Translations under genes and position numbers: made by a program
Assembly: GCA_964426185.1 (NCBI GenBank)
Contig: CAYRPF010000062.1
Coordinates: forward strand, 1 to 21,020
Direction: 5' to 3'
Source of the DNA: an uncultured archaeon
GTDB taxonomy: Archaea > Asgardarchaeota > Lokiarchaeia > Sigyniarchaeales > Promethearchaeaceae
DNA length: 21,020 nucleotides
In this document: in pieces, positions 1 through 8,715 of the stretch
Numbering within the stretch: position 1 is the stretch's first letter
Layout of the letters: every line of letters starts with the position of its first letter
Notes under the pieces: generated by a model
What the model was told of the DNA's origin: nothing
What the model saw: only the letters and a program-made list of their open reading frames with translations
Database searches by the model: none

Positions 1-245
1 AAATTGATGTAATCGCTGCGGGAACTACAGATGACACCACTACAGATGACACCACAACAGATGACACCACTACGGATGACACCACAACAGATGACACCAC
101 TACGGATGACACCACAACAGATGACACCGATAATGATGATTTATCCTTTGGTATAAACAACATTCCTGGTTTTAATCTCTGGATTCTCGTATTAGCGGTT
201 TCTATCACAGTTATTATTATTTTATGGAAAAGAATTGAGCGTTAA
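1..245 (+). CDS. 3' end of a surface/secreted protein with Thr/Asp-rich linker and C-terminal PGF-CTERM/Loki-CTERM-like sorting signal (5'-partial)
   Basis: Frame from base 3 reads IDVIAAG(TTDDT)7DNDDLSFGINNIPGFNLWILVLAVSITVIIILWKRIER, then TAA at 243-245. IPGF + hydrophobic helix + basic tail. Absent from the ORF track because it has no start codon in the window. Confidence 0.85.
   Translation, partial: IDVIAAGTTDDTTTDDTTTDDTTTDDTTTDDTTTDDTTTDDTDNDDLSFGINNIPGFNLWILVLAVSITVIIILWKRIER
24..128 (+). repeat. Coding tandem repeat, 7 x 15 bp (ACW ACR GAT GAC ACC) encoding TTDDT
   Basis: Units at 24, 39, 54, 69, 84, 99 and 114 differ only at synonymous positions. The last five alternate between two variants, giving a 30-bp higher-order period. 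Confidence 0.95.
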
Positions 246-327
246 GCACAGATAAGCAATTTTTTTCCAACTTTTTAATATCTTTCCGATTTTTAGCTTC
301 ATTAGAATTTTTGGATTATTTCAGAAA

Positions 328-723
328 TTATAGAATAAAACCGATTGATTGCAGCCTTTTTTCCACAAATTTCAAATACCGAGGATAACACCAAGAAATA
401 AATCGCATTGGAGAATTTTCAAGGGTAGAGCGTTCCAAAGCTTTAAAGTAAGGGTATTGGTTTTTATGCAAAATGAAGTTCATAATTAAACGTGAAATTC
501 GTCCATTTCCATCTTCAAAGGGTTGAATGAACACAAATTTATAATGAAAGACCGCAGCCAGAAAAGAAGGATTATATATTTCTCGATTTACATTATACCA
601 ATCAAATAATTCATTTAGCAAAATATCCAATTCATCACGAGATGGTGGTGGGACATAGTTGCTTCCATAAATAAAAACAGGCCCGTTACGAATTTGTCCC
701 GCATGATCTGGATGGATTTTTTT
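328..723 (-). pseudogene. Truncated Fic-family protein
   Basis: Fic-like frame extends upstream of the called TTG (HPDHAGQIRNGPVFIYGSNYVPPP...) to an in-frame TAA at 724-726 next to an A9 run, with no ATG. Motif reads IQPFEDGNGRISR (canonical HPFxDGNGRxxR), so the catalytic His is Gln. The segment after NQYP looks shortened. Confidence 0.75.
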
Positions 724-951
724 TTATTATGATGTGCAATATAAGTTGACTTTTTAAATTTTAACCCTTATAATGTAAAAATATTAATTTGAAATTTATG
801 ATTTGTAAGGGTTTATTTCTATTTTGCATCTCTGAAATGCTGGAAAGCTGCAAATTGGTAAATAGGAAAAAAAGAAAACAGAAAAGTGGCATGAAAAGAA
901 GAAAAAATAATGGAAAATCTTGATATATTTAGAAAAATTATTCCTGAATTT

Positions 952-2139
952 TTAGATTATTCCTAATTTCTTGCCAACCTTTTCGATGGAAGTAAGGGCA
1001 TAATCCAAATCTTCTTTGGTCAACAGGGCATTCATCTGTACCCGAATTCGGGAAAGTTCACGGGCTACCATTGGAAAAACTATAGGTGTTGTAAATATAT
1101 TCTCCTCCTTGTAGAGAGTATCTGCCAAATTTTGAGCTTTTCCGGGTTCTCCAATAATTAATGGAATAATTGGTGTGCATGAATTTCCTGTATTAAAACC
1201 CAAATCTTGCACTTTTCCTCTGAAATATTCAGTATTTTTCCATAATATTTCCACATGCTCTGGTTCTTCCTCAATTACACTTATTGCAGCATCTGTTGCG
1301 GCGATAATAGCAGGAGGATGTGCAGTACTTAAGAGATAAGAACGGGATTTATTGCGAACATAATCAATTAATGCCTTTGAACCTGCCACCGAACCACCGA
1401 AAACTCCAAATCCTTTACTCAAAGAACCACCTTCTACATGAACTTTACCTTGCAAGTTAAAATGAGCCACAATTCCTCTTCCGTTTCCTAACATTCCTTC
1501 TCCATGACAATCATCTACATAAACCATTGCACCGTACGGTTCACATTTTTCTACAATTTTATCTAAAGGTGCCATATCACCATCCATGGAAAAGACTCCA
1601 TCTGTAATTACCAAAATTCGGCGCGCATTATCAGCATCGGCAATTTTTAATTGCTTTTCTAAATCTTCCATATCATTATGTTTATAAACTCCACGTTTTG
1701 CGCTTGACAATCGAACTCCGTCAATGATGGAGCCGTGATTTAATTGATCGGAAATAATATAGTCACCTTTCCCAACCAATTGGGGGATAACACCTTGATT
1801 AACCGCAAATCCTGTTTGAGCAATTAAAGCAGCTTCTACATGCTTAAACTTTGCTAAATGCTCTTCTGCTTTTCTGGTTAAATCGAATGTTCCTGCGATA
1901 ACAGGAACAGCTCCGGCACCCACTCCGTATTTCTCGATGGCATCTAGTGCTGCCTTACGGACTTTTGGATGAGTTGCCAAACCTAAATAATTATTAGTGT
2001 TTAACATTAAGACTTTTTTCCCATCTACTATTGTGTGAGCTTGTGAAGCCCCTTCTAAATGGCGAATAACCCAATTCAAGTGAGAATCATATAAATGTTT
2101 CAATTCTTCATGCAAAAATGCTTCTGGATCTCTTTTCAT
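952..2139 (-). CDS. kbl: Glycine C-acetyltransferase (2-amino-3-ketobutyrate CoA ligase), PLP-dependent AONS/KBL family
   Basis: Motifs NNYLGLA, SDQLNHGSIIDG, TDGVFSMDGD, DDCHG, SLSKGFG (PLP Lys), RIRVQ. Divergent from tdh. Confidence 0.88.
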   Translation of the reverse strand: MKRDPEAFLHEELKHLYDSHLNWVIRHLEGASQAHTIVDGKKVLMLNTNNYLGLATHPKVRKAALDAIEKYGVGAGAVPVIAGTFDLTRKAEEHLAKFKHVEAALIAQTGFAVNQGVIPQLVGKGDYIISDQLNHGSIIDGVRLSSAKRGVYKHNDMEDLEKQLKIADADNARRILVITDGVFSMDGDMAPLDKIVEKCEPYGAMVYVDDCHGEGMLGNGRGIVAHFNLQGKVHVEGGSLSKGFGVFGGSVAGSKALIDYVRNKSRSYLLSTAHPPAIIAATDAAISVIEEEPEHVEILWKNTEYFRGKVQDLGFNTGNSCTPIIPLIIGEPGKAQNLADTLYKEENIFTTPIVFPMVARELSRIRVQMNALLTKEDLDYALTSIEKVGKKLGII

Positions 2140-2470
2140 ATGTAATCCTTCCGAAAGTTAGTATTGAATAATTTGGTAGAAGATCTATATCAGCAATCTG
2201 GAAGATGTAACTACCCTATTGATTGCAATTATCATTTACTCCACACACAATATTAACTTTGTCATATTTTCGAGTGGAACTTATTCCCACAGAACTCAAT
2301 CAGAAAATGCACTGAATTACATATCTCCATTACTGAGAAGTAGATTGATAACAACATTTTTATGGAACGCAACGCTTGATCACCCACTTAATGGGTATTC
2401 TGCCAAATTCTTATGGTTATTCATGACCCATTGGTATTATCACCTAACAAACTCATCAGTTGAGATTACC

Positions 2471-3436
2471 GTGCCCAAAATTCTTGTAACTGGGGCTTTA
2501 GGCCAAATTGGGAGCGAATTAGTTCCCATGCTACGCAAAAAATATGGAAATGAAAATGTTATTGCCACCGATATTCGCCCTAATCCACCTATCTTCATCA
2601 CTAATACAGGTATATACGAAATCTTGGATGTTTTAGATGATGCTCGTTTAGAAGAATTGATCCAAAAATATGAAATTACTCATGTATATCATCTAGCAGG
2701 TATATTATCGGCCACGGGTGAAAAATTTCCACAGAAAGCATGGGATCTGAATATTAACAGTTTATTTTCAGTTTTAGAACTTGGTCGAAAATATGGATTC
2801 AAGCGAATTTTTTGGCCGAGTTCAATTGCTGCTTTTGGACCTACTACCCCGAAAGACAACACCCCAAATGATACGATTCTTCAGCCGAATACCATGTATG
2901 GGGTAACCAAAGTATCAGGAGAACTTTTATTAGAATATTACTGGTATAAATACGGATTAGATACGCGATGCATGCGATTACCTGGAATAATCAGTTCAGA
3001 AACACCTTGCGGCGGTGGAACCACGGATTATGCAGTCGAAATCTTTTATGAGGCAATAAAACATAAGAAATATACTTGTTTTGTTGGACCAGAAACAAAG
3101 CTTCCGATGATGTACATGCCTGATCTGTTGAATTCAATAATGATGTTGATGGAAGCAGACAACTCAAAATTGAAACATCATGTTTTCAATATTACAGCCA
3201 TGAGTTTCACTGCTCAAGAATTAGTTTCAGAAATTCAAAAACACATTCCAGATTTTACCGCAGAATATAAACCTGATTTCCGCCAATCTATTGCAGATTC
3301 TTGGCCCCGTTCAATTGATGATAGTGCCGCTCGTGAAGAATGGGGTTGGAAACATGAGTTTGGTTTACAAGAAATGACAAAAGATATGATTGAAAAATTA
3401 GAAAAAAAAACTAAAATCTTGAACCCTAAGCGCTAA
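2471..3436 (+). CDS. tdh: L-threonine 3-dehydrogenase, SDR/NAD-dependent epimerase type
   Basis: ILVTGALGQIG Rossmann motif, HLAGILSATGE, PSSIAAFG, YGVTK, GGGTTDYA, LPMMYMPD, ADSWP. Start moved to GTG 2471, where the family-like sequence begins. Paired with kbl. Confidence 0.9.
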   Translation: MPKILVTGALGQIGSELVPMLRKKYGNENVIATDIRPNPPIFITNTGIYEILDVLDDARLEELIQKYEITHVYHLAGILSATGEKFPQKAWDLNINSLFSVLELGRKYGFKRIFWPSSIAAFGPTTPKDNTPNDTILQPNTMYGVTKVSGELLLEYYWYKYGLDTRCMRLPGIISSETPCGGGTTDYAVEIFYEAIKHKKYTCFVGPETKLPMMYMPDLLNSIMMLMEADNSKLKHHVFNITAMSFTAQELVSEIQKHIPDFTAEYKPDFRQSIADSWPRSIDDSAAREEWGWKHEFGLQEMTKDMIEKLEKKTKILNPKR

Positions 3437-3480
3437 TTGCCATTTTAAGAGAAATCCATCTATCCATTAGATAAACGCCC

Positions 3481-3514
3481 AAAAGAAAAAAAAAAATGAC
3501 CGTCAACACGGTCA
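3481..3514 (-). terminator. Hairpin + T-run terminator of the minus-strand operon
   Basis: Perfect 7-bp stem TGACCGT (3497-3503)/ACGGTCA (3508-3514) with a 4-nt loop. On the minus strand it is followed by a long T tract (complement of 3481-3496), ~50 nt after the stop at 3561. Confidence 0.65.
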
Positions 3515-3560
3515 GCAGATATCATTCACCCTGAGGGGGAATGAATGTGATATTTTATTT

Positions 3561-4907
3561 TTATTCTTCTTTGATAAATTCGCAATCTTGTAAAATCTCT
3601 GTAATATCTGCCACGGTTAATCCAGAATTGCTTTCATTAGCTGCTTGATACAAGTTATTTTTACAAAAGACACAAGAACTTACCATCCACTCTGAATGAG
3701 TTTCTTCTGCTTCTTTTAATCGATCTGCTCGTAATATCTCTACACAATTTGAAGACTCACCCAAGCGATTCGTGGCGACAGTTGTGGCAAGTTCTCCATA
3801 AAGAGTTTTTACACCTCCCCCTGCACCGCAACATCTTGACATATTTCGAATGTGCTTCATTTCCACCAATTTTACGCCCTCGATCATCTTAATTAATTCT
3901 CTAGGTGGATCATAAACACCCATATATCGTCCTAAATGGCAAGGATCATGATAGGTAACAACAAGAGGATCTTCTTTTGTTCGTTTAGTATATTTTATGT
4001 TGATGTTGTGCTCTTTCACGTATTTCGGAACGAATTCCGCCATATGGTAAAGGTTGAATCCTAATTCCTCGCCTAGCAATCTGGGATATTCCAAAGATAA
4101 TGTTGAAAAACAGCCAGAACATGAAAATACAACATCTTCTACCCCAAAATCACGAATCATTTTAGTATTATGCTTAACCAAATCATGAATATGGTCTTCT
4201 AAACCAGTTCGATATGATACGGAACCACAACACCATTCATTTGGAAACAGAACAAACTCAATACCAAGCTTTTCTAATATAGTACACGTGGCAATAGCTA
4301 GCTCAGTATTCCTAAATGCTGAGGTACAGCCCACGTAATATCCTACTCGATACTTTTTCTTCTCAGAACCTGTTTCGATAGCCTTCAAAACTTCTATACC
4401 GCGTTTTAATGCTTTTTGTGCAGGAACACAATCCTTCGTCCAATTAAATCGATCGTCTGGATTTTCATTATATGGATTTTTTAACTTTCCAACCCTTTCA
4501 TCCAAAATACCCAATTTCCTAGGAAGAACACCTTTGTGAATGGCATCCTTTCGAAATTTTTGAAATACTTTGACTGTATCTATCCCTACGGGGCAAACTT
4601 CGCGACAATTCCCACATAGAGTACAGCGAAAAATACTATCCACAATTCCTTCCTTGTCGAAGCTTATTTCTTTATTGGCCAGTGCCTTGAGGATCCTGTT
4701 ACGACCTCCAGCATAATCTAACTCACTATACGTCACATCGTAAACCCGGCAAACACTTCGACAATACCCGCATTCTACACATCGTTGGAAATCATCTGTT
4801 AATATGCGAGGTTCGAGTAAATTATCTCGGTGTGGAGAAAATAGACCTGCTACGGGGGGACCAGTGGTAACTATGTTTTTAACATCACTACTTTTATCTT
4901 TACTCAT
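3561..4907 (-). CDS. Fe-S oxidoreductase, GlcF/GlpC/HdrD-like (two 4Fe-4S motifs + two CCG domains)
   Basis: CVECGYCRSVC and CTLCGNCREVCP; GCTS..CCG..CSGC; HDPCHLGR..CCGAGGG..CVFC. Start moved to ATG 4907, preceded by AGGAGTGA, which removes the overlap with the upstream gene. Confidence 0.88.
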   Translation of the reverse strand: MSKDKSSDVKNIVTTGPPVAGLFSPHRDNLLEPRILTDDFQRCVECGYCRSVCRVYDVTYSELDYAGGRNRILKALANKEISFDKEGIVDSIFRCTLCGNCREVCPVGIDTVKVFQKFRKDAIHKGVLPRKLGILDERVGKLKNPYNENPDDRFNWTKDCVPAQKALKRGIEVLKAIETGSEKKKYRVGYYVGCTSAFRNTELAIATCTILEKLGIEFVLFPNEWCCGSVSYRTGLEDHIHDLVKHNTKMIRDFGVEDVVFSCSGCFSTLSLEYPRLLGEELGFNLYHMAEFVPKYVKEHNINIKYTKRTKEDPLVVTYHDPCHLGRYMGVYDPPRELIKMIEGVKLVEMKHIRNMSRCCGAGGGVKTLYGELATTVATNRLGESSNCVEILRADRLKEAEETHSEWMVSSCVFCKNNLYQAANESNSGLTVADITEILQDCEFIKEE

Positions 4908-4926
4908 TTTTTTCACTCCTTCACTT

Positions 4927-6390
4927 TTAACCCAATCTATAAAGGAACTTTGCAATTGCAAATAAGAGTTGAACCCTCCAAAATTTCATTTTTGCTTTAA
5001 TAAATCGATATGAATTAACCAAATCGTCTGGATCAAGCTTTTCTTTCAATTTTTTCATGTATTCTACCTTTTCGCGGTTATATTTCAGAAAATAGAAGGT
5101 ATTAACCACTCCGATAGAATAGAGGCTATCTTGTTGGCTGAAAGCAAATTTGGCTAATTTATTAAAACCTGCTTTAATCCCAAAAAATTCTCTAGAATTA
5201 TCGATATCAGACAGCCCAAAAATCTTTATTCGATTACATCCTTCGACCCCGGCCATAATGTAAAAGGCATTTTTATAGTCAACATTCTTGATTTCTTTAG
5301 CATATTTCTCGTAAAATGCTTGGCATCTCTCATCAGCAATCCAATACTCTTGAAATACAGGATTTCGACATAGTCGACCCAAATTTAATTCTGTATCTGC
5401 TATATCTCTCCATTTCTCCTTTAAATACCACTCTTCAGCACTAAGTCCATCATATTTTTGGGCGATTTCTTTAGCATAAGCTATTGCTTTTCCAGTTTGT
5501 TCCGGATTGTCTAAAAATACACCATATACAAAGAAATTTCGGGACGGTAATGTCTTATGAGCCAATTTTTCAAATTTCTTATTTGAAAGTGAAAGGAAAA
5601 ATGGTTTATTGACGGTATTCTCTTTCAAACCCAAATAATACTCAAATGCTTTACTGAAAGTTTTGAAACCATATCCGACTATTTCCAGCGATGTACTCAT
5701 ATGGGTAATTTTCATTTCTACTTCTGCAATGGCACCATAAATACCTAGAGATCCCACGATATCATCCAGTTTTAGTTCTCCTTTTGATTCTTCAGAAATT
5801 TGCTCAATTGTGCCATCTGGTTTAACAATCGTAACAGATAAAATCGAGTCTCGGATGCTCCCGTGCTTCAGAACCCCGATGCCTGCTTTACCAGCAGAAG
5901 CAACATAACCACCAAGACATGATGCTTTGTAACTGGTAGGATAACAAGTTGGGGCTAAACCATAATCAAGTAGTTTTTCCATGAGTTTCAACCATGAAAT
6001 ACCTGCATCACATTTCACTATCATATTGTTCACATCGATTTTATGCACAGAGTTCATCCTTCGTGTATCGATGATTGCTCCTCCTCTGGTTGGAGAACTC
6101 GCCGAAAAACAAGAAGTTGCAGCCGCTCGAATGGTGACAGGAATTGAATATTCTCGGCATTTCCTCATAACTTTCGAGAGCTCTTCCGTGTTTCTTGGGC
6201 GTATAACAAAGCTCGCCCGAAATTCTTCTTTAAATTTATAGTGATATTTCGGTAGAAGAGATAGATCACTGGAAGTTACTTCAATCTCGTAAGGGTCTGT
6301 ACTGAAATCAGAAGGAGAGATGATCTCTTGCATTTCTTTAGTAAAGCTTTGAATTTGTTCCAATTTTTGTGTTTTATCCATTTTTATCAT
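4927..6390 (-). CDS. FAD-binding oxidoreductase, VAO/PCMH (GlcD/D-lactate dehydrogenase-like) family
   Basis: VIRPRNTEEL..PVTIRAAATS, CDAGI, YPTS..CLGG, GSLGIYGAI.E, and C-terminal LKEKLDPDDLVN. Adjacent to a GlcF-like gene. Confidence 0.85.
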   Translation of the reverse strand: MIKMDKTQKLEQIQSFTKEMQEIISPSDFSTDPYEIEVTSSDLSLLPKYHYKFKEEFRASFVIRPRNTEELSKVMRKCREYSIPVTIRAAATSCFSASSPTRGGAIIDTRRMNSVHKIDVNNMIVKCDAGISWLKLMEKLLDYGLAPTCYPTSYKASCLGGYVASAGKAGIGVLKHGSIRDSILSVTIVKPDGTIEQISEESKGELKLDDIVGSLGIYGAIAEVEMKITHMSTSLEIVGYGFKTFSKAFEYYLGLKENTVNKPFFLSLSNKKFEKLAHKTLPSRNFFVYGVFLDNPEQTGKAIAYAKEIAQKYDGLSAEEWYLKEKWRDIADTELNLGRLCRNPVFQEYWIADERCQAFYEKYAKEIKNVDYKNAFYIMAGVEGCNRIKIFGLSDIDNSREFFGIKAGFNKLAKFAFSQQDSLYSIGVVNTFYFLKYNREKVEYMKKLKEKLDPDDLVNSYRFIKAKMKFWRVQLLFAIAKFLYRLG

Positions 6391-6396
6391 CTCTTT

Positions 6397-7173
6397 TTAT
6401 ACGTTCGTAAATTCAATAAAAAATCCTAAAAGATAAGCCAACCACCAGCAACCTAGGGTGGTATATCCTGTAACTTTTGCCAGTCTTCGCTGGCCTGATA
6501 GCCCGAATAAGGCGCTAGCAAATCCGAATGTCAAGCCCATGGCCCCACAAATTATATGTAATGCATGAATCCACCCTGAATAACCCTTCATGATTTCTTG
6601 GCTTAACGAAAACAATAAGAGTACATTTAGAAATGTAATTATCCATGCACCTCCAGCGCTAAAACCATGATATAATGTGAACTTTGGTTCATTATAGATG
6701 ACGATAATAGTTCCTATGGTGACTAAGATTAATGCAGGGAGACCCAACGTTGAGCCTAAATGAAGACTGTCATATTGAATAATTCCATCAACCCAAATTT
6801 TTATTGCTATAAAGAATAGAAAGAAATAAAACACGGCAAGAACCCCAAGGAAAATACCCTTATTAACATCTTTTTTAAGGTGTTCTGATAATAAAATCCC
6901 GCTAATAGTCACAATCATTATACAAATTGTGATTATGAATAACCAGATTTCAATTAGGTTCAATGCTACAACTGTAATTTCATATACTCCAATTACAAGT
7001 AAAGCTAAAAGCAATAACATAAGAGGGGTGATTAGAAGAATCAATTGCTTTTTCTTATCTCCTCTTTTGAAATAGTCTATAAATAAAATTGTTCCAAGTA
7101 AAATCAACATAATTGCAATTGTAATAGTAATTTGAACAATTCTAAGCGGTTCTAATTCTGTTATGTTTACCAT
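6397..7173 (-). CDS. Integral membrane protein (~8 TM); C-terminal 4 TM resemble DUF420/cytochrome b561-like proteins
   Basis: About eight hydrophobic segments. His138, His169, His203 and His206 lie at helix starts. Terminal helix is RRLAKVTGYTTLGCWWLAYLLG. Confidence 0.6.
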   Translation of the reverse strand: MVNITELEPLRIVQITITIAIMLILLGTILFIDYFKRGDKKKQLILLITPLMLLLLALLVIGVYEITVVALNLIEIWLFIITICIMIVTISGILLSEHLKKDVNKGIFLGVLAVFYFFLFFIAIKIWVDGIIQYDSLHLGSTLGLPALILVTIGTIIVIYNEPKFTLYHGFSAGGAWIITFLNVLLLFSLSQEIMKGYSGWIHALHIICGAMGLTFGFASALFGLSGQRRLAKVTGYTTLGCWWLAYLLGFFIEFTNV

Positions 7174-7188
7174 GATAATTCCCTTCTT

Positions 7189-8715
7189 TTAATCTGAATT
7201 CTCCTTCATTAATTTTCGTTTTTTTATATAAGATCTAAAGACAATGAAGATTCCCAATACAAATCCTAGGATCATAATCCAAACACCAACAAATGTCCAA
7301 ATCATGGTCGGATGTAGGCCGTCTTCAACAACGTCAAATGGTGAACGCATCATATATGCATTGGCAGCTGTGAAAGCCCAAGTTCCCCCAATCCCCAATA
7401 ACCATGCGGAGATTGTTTTTAATTTGCTTTTTTCTCGGTGAAAATGATTAATTATAATTAAAATTAACAATTCCGCCAGTAATACCGCAAGAACATGCCA
7501 ATGACCAACGTTAAAATCATATTCAACATCGAACCATTCGTGCAATCGATAAATTTCCCTTGTTTGGAGGCCAACGATAATACCACAAATGGTGACGACT
7601 ATTTGGGCATAGAGATAGATCCAATATAAATTAAATAATACTGGATCTCCAAGCATACCTTTCAATTTGGTACCAAAAGAGGCAGATTCATATTTTTCTC
7701 CTAAATAATCTTTTGAAATCTCTATTAAGCCATTTACAGAGAGAGCAATGGTGCAGAGAATTAGTATTCCTGCTCCAACCCAGATTAAATAATGGTTTAA
7801 TACCCATGCGCCGTAAGAAATACATAGAATTCCAATTGGACATAAGAAGAGCATGATTTGATAAACTTTGCCTTTAATTTTAGAAATTTTATAACCAATC
7901 ATGGTAATCATGGCCGCAGTTAGAGACAGCTGAATATGAAGATGAGATACAATAAACTCTTCTGGATAGTCGTGATGTATAATTTTAACTACTTCTTCTG
8001 CGAGAAATGCATCTTGATTTAGCCTTTCTAATCCCCAAATTGAATTTGTAAAAACTTCCATCCCCGCCAGCGCTCCATAAGCCACAGAAACAAGGACACA
8101 AAATGCTAGAAGGACCATAGAATAATTTTCAAGATCTAAACCGTAGAATAGTGCCCCCTCTGTCGCTTTCTCTGGATCTGGAAATTTATTAGGCACAGGC
8201 CATGATGCAACGATAAAAAGAACTCCACCAAAAAAGACCAAAAACAACCCAAAGATGAATAATTCATGAAAAACTCGAATCCGAGTATAAGCAAAAATTA
8301 ATCCACAAATTCCAGACACGAACGAGCCACTTACTATTGTTACTTTCATGCTGGGAATATATTTTTCTCTTACCTCAAAGTATTCTAAACACCAAAAGGT
8401 GGTTTCGGCTACAAAAGGTGTTGCAATTGAATGGTATATCAAAACAAGCCGGGCAGATCTTCCCATGATTGCATCATCGTAGATGTTGAATAATGGATCT
8501 CCTCCCCAAATAAAGGATAATGGTTCAGAAAAAGTGAGAAGGAATAAAACTTGACAACTTAACAAGATAATCAAGCTGATGTGGATTTTATCAAAATTAT
8601 ATCGCTTCTCTTCCTTTAATACTTGAGTTTCCATAGGGCTTTCTATCGATTCGTTTGGAGAAACGGGTTTTTCTTCCGTGATCTCCTTCACTATATTGGT
8701 ATCATTAACTGTCAT
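7189..8715 (-). CDS. 12-TM His-rich membrane protein, possible distant heme-copper oxidase subunit I homologue
   Basis: Twelve hydrophobic segments counted by eye. YHS (H95, TM2), SHLH (H258/260, TM6), GHWH (H405/407, TM10). ATG directly abuts the upstream TAA and is preceded by AGGAGTGA. Confidence 0.6.
   Translation of the reverse strand: MTVNDTNIVKEITEEKPVSPNESIESPMETQVLKEEKRYNFDKIHISLIILLSCQVLFLLTFSEPLSFIWGGDPLFNIYDDAIMGRSARLVLIYHSIATPFVAETTFWCLEYFEVREKYIPSMKVTIVSGSFVSGICGLIFAYTRIRVFHELFIFGLFLVFFGGVLFIVASWPVPNKFPDPEKATEGALFYGLDLENYSMVLLAFCVLVSVAYGALAGMEVFTNSIWGLERLNQDAFLAEEVVKIIHHDYPEEFIVSHLHIQLSLTAAMITMIGYKISKIKGKVYQIMLFLCPIGILCISYGAWVLNHYLIWVGAGILILCTIALSVNGLIEISKDYLGEKYESASFGTKLKGMLGDPVLFNLYWIYLYAQIVVTICGIIVGLQTREIYRLHEWFDVEYDFNVGHWHVLAVLLAELLILIIINHFHREKSKLKTISAWLLGIGGTWAFTAANAYMMRSPFDVVEDGLHPTMIWTFVGVWIMILGFVLGIFIVFRSYIKKRKLMKENSD

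Noticed and set aside
24-128. Possible CRISPR array
   Set aside because: Units are contiguous 15-mers with no spacers, and they are in frame within a coding linker.
2219-2470. 84-aa N-terminal extension of tdh in the ORF track
   Set aside because: Begins at TTG, has no family resemblance, and occupies the divergent promoter region. The Rossmann motif starts right after GTG 2471.
3496-3553. SECIS-like element (ATGA/GA near stems)
   Set aside because: Neither flanking gene has an in-frame TGA, and the stem geometry fits a terminator better.
4908-4961. Longer start for the Fe-S protein
   Set aside because: Overlaps the upstream gene. A strong RBS precedes ATG 4907.
7189-8715. Calling the 12-TM protein a true cytochrome c oxidase or NO reductase subunit I
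   Set aside because: It lacks the HPEVY-type helix VI motif and the helix VII HH pair, and no subunit II/CuA or cytochrome c gene is present.
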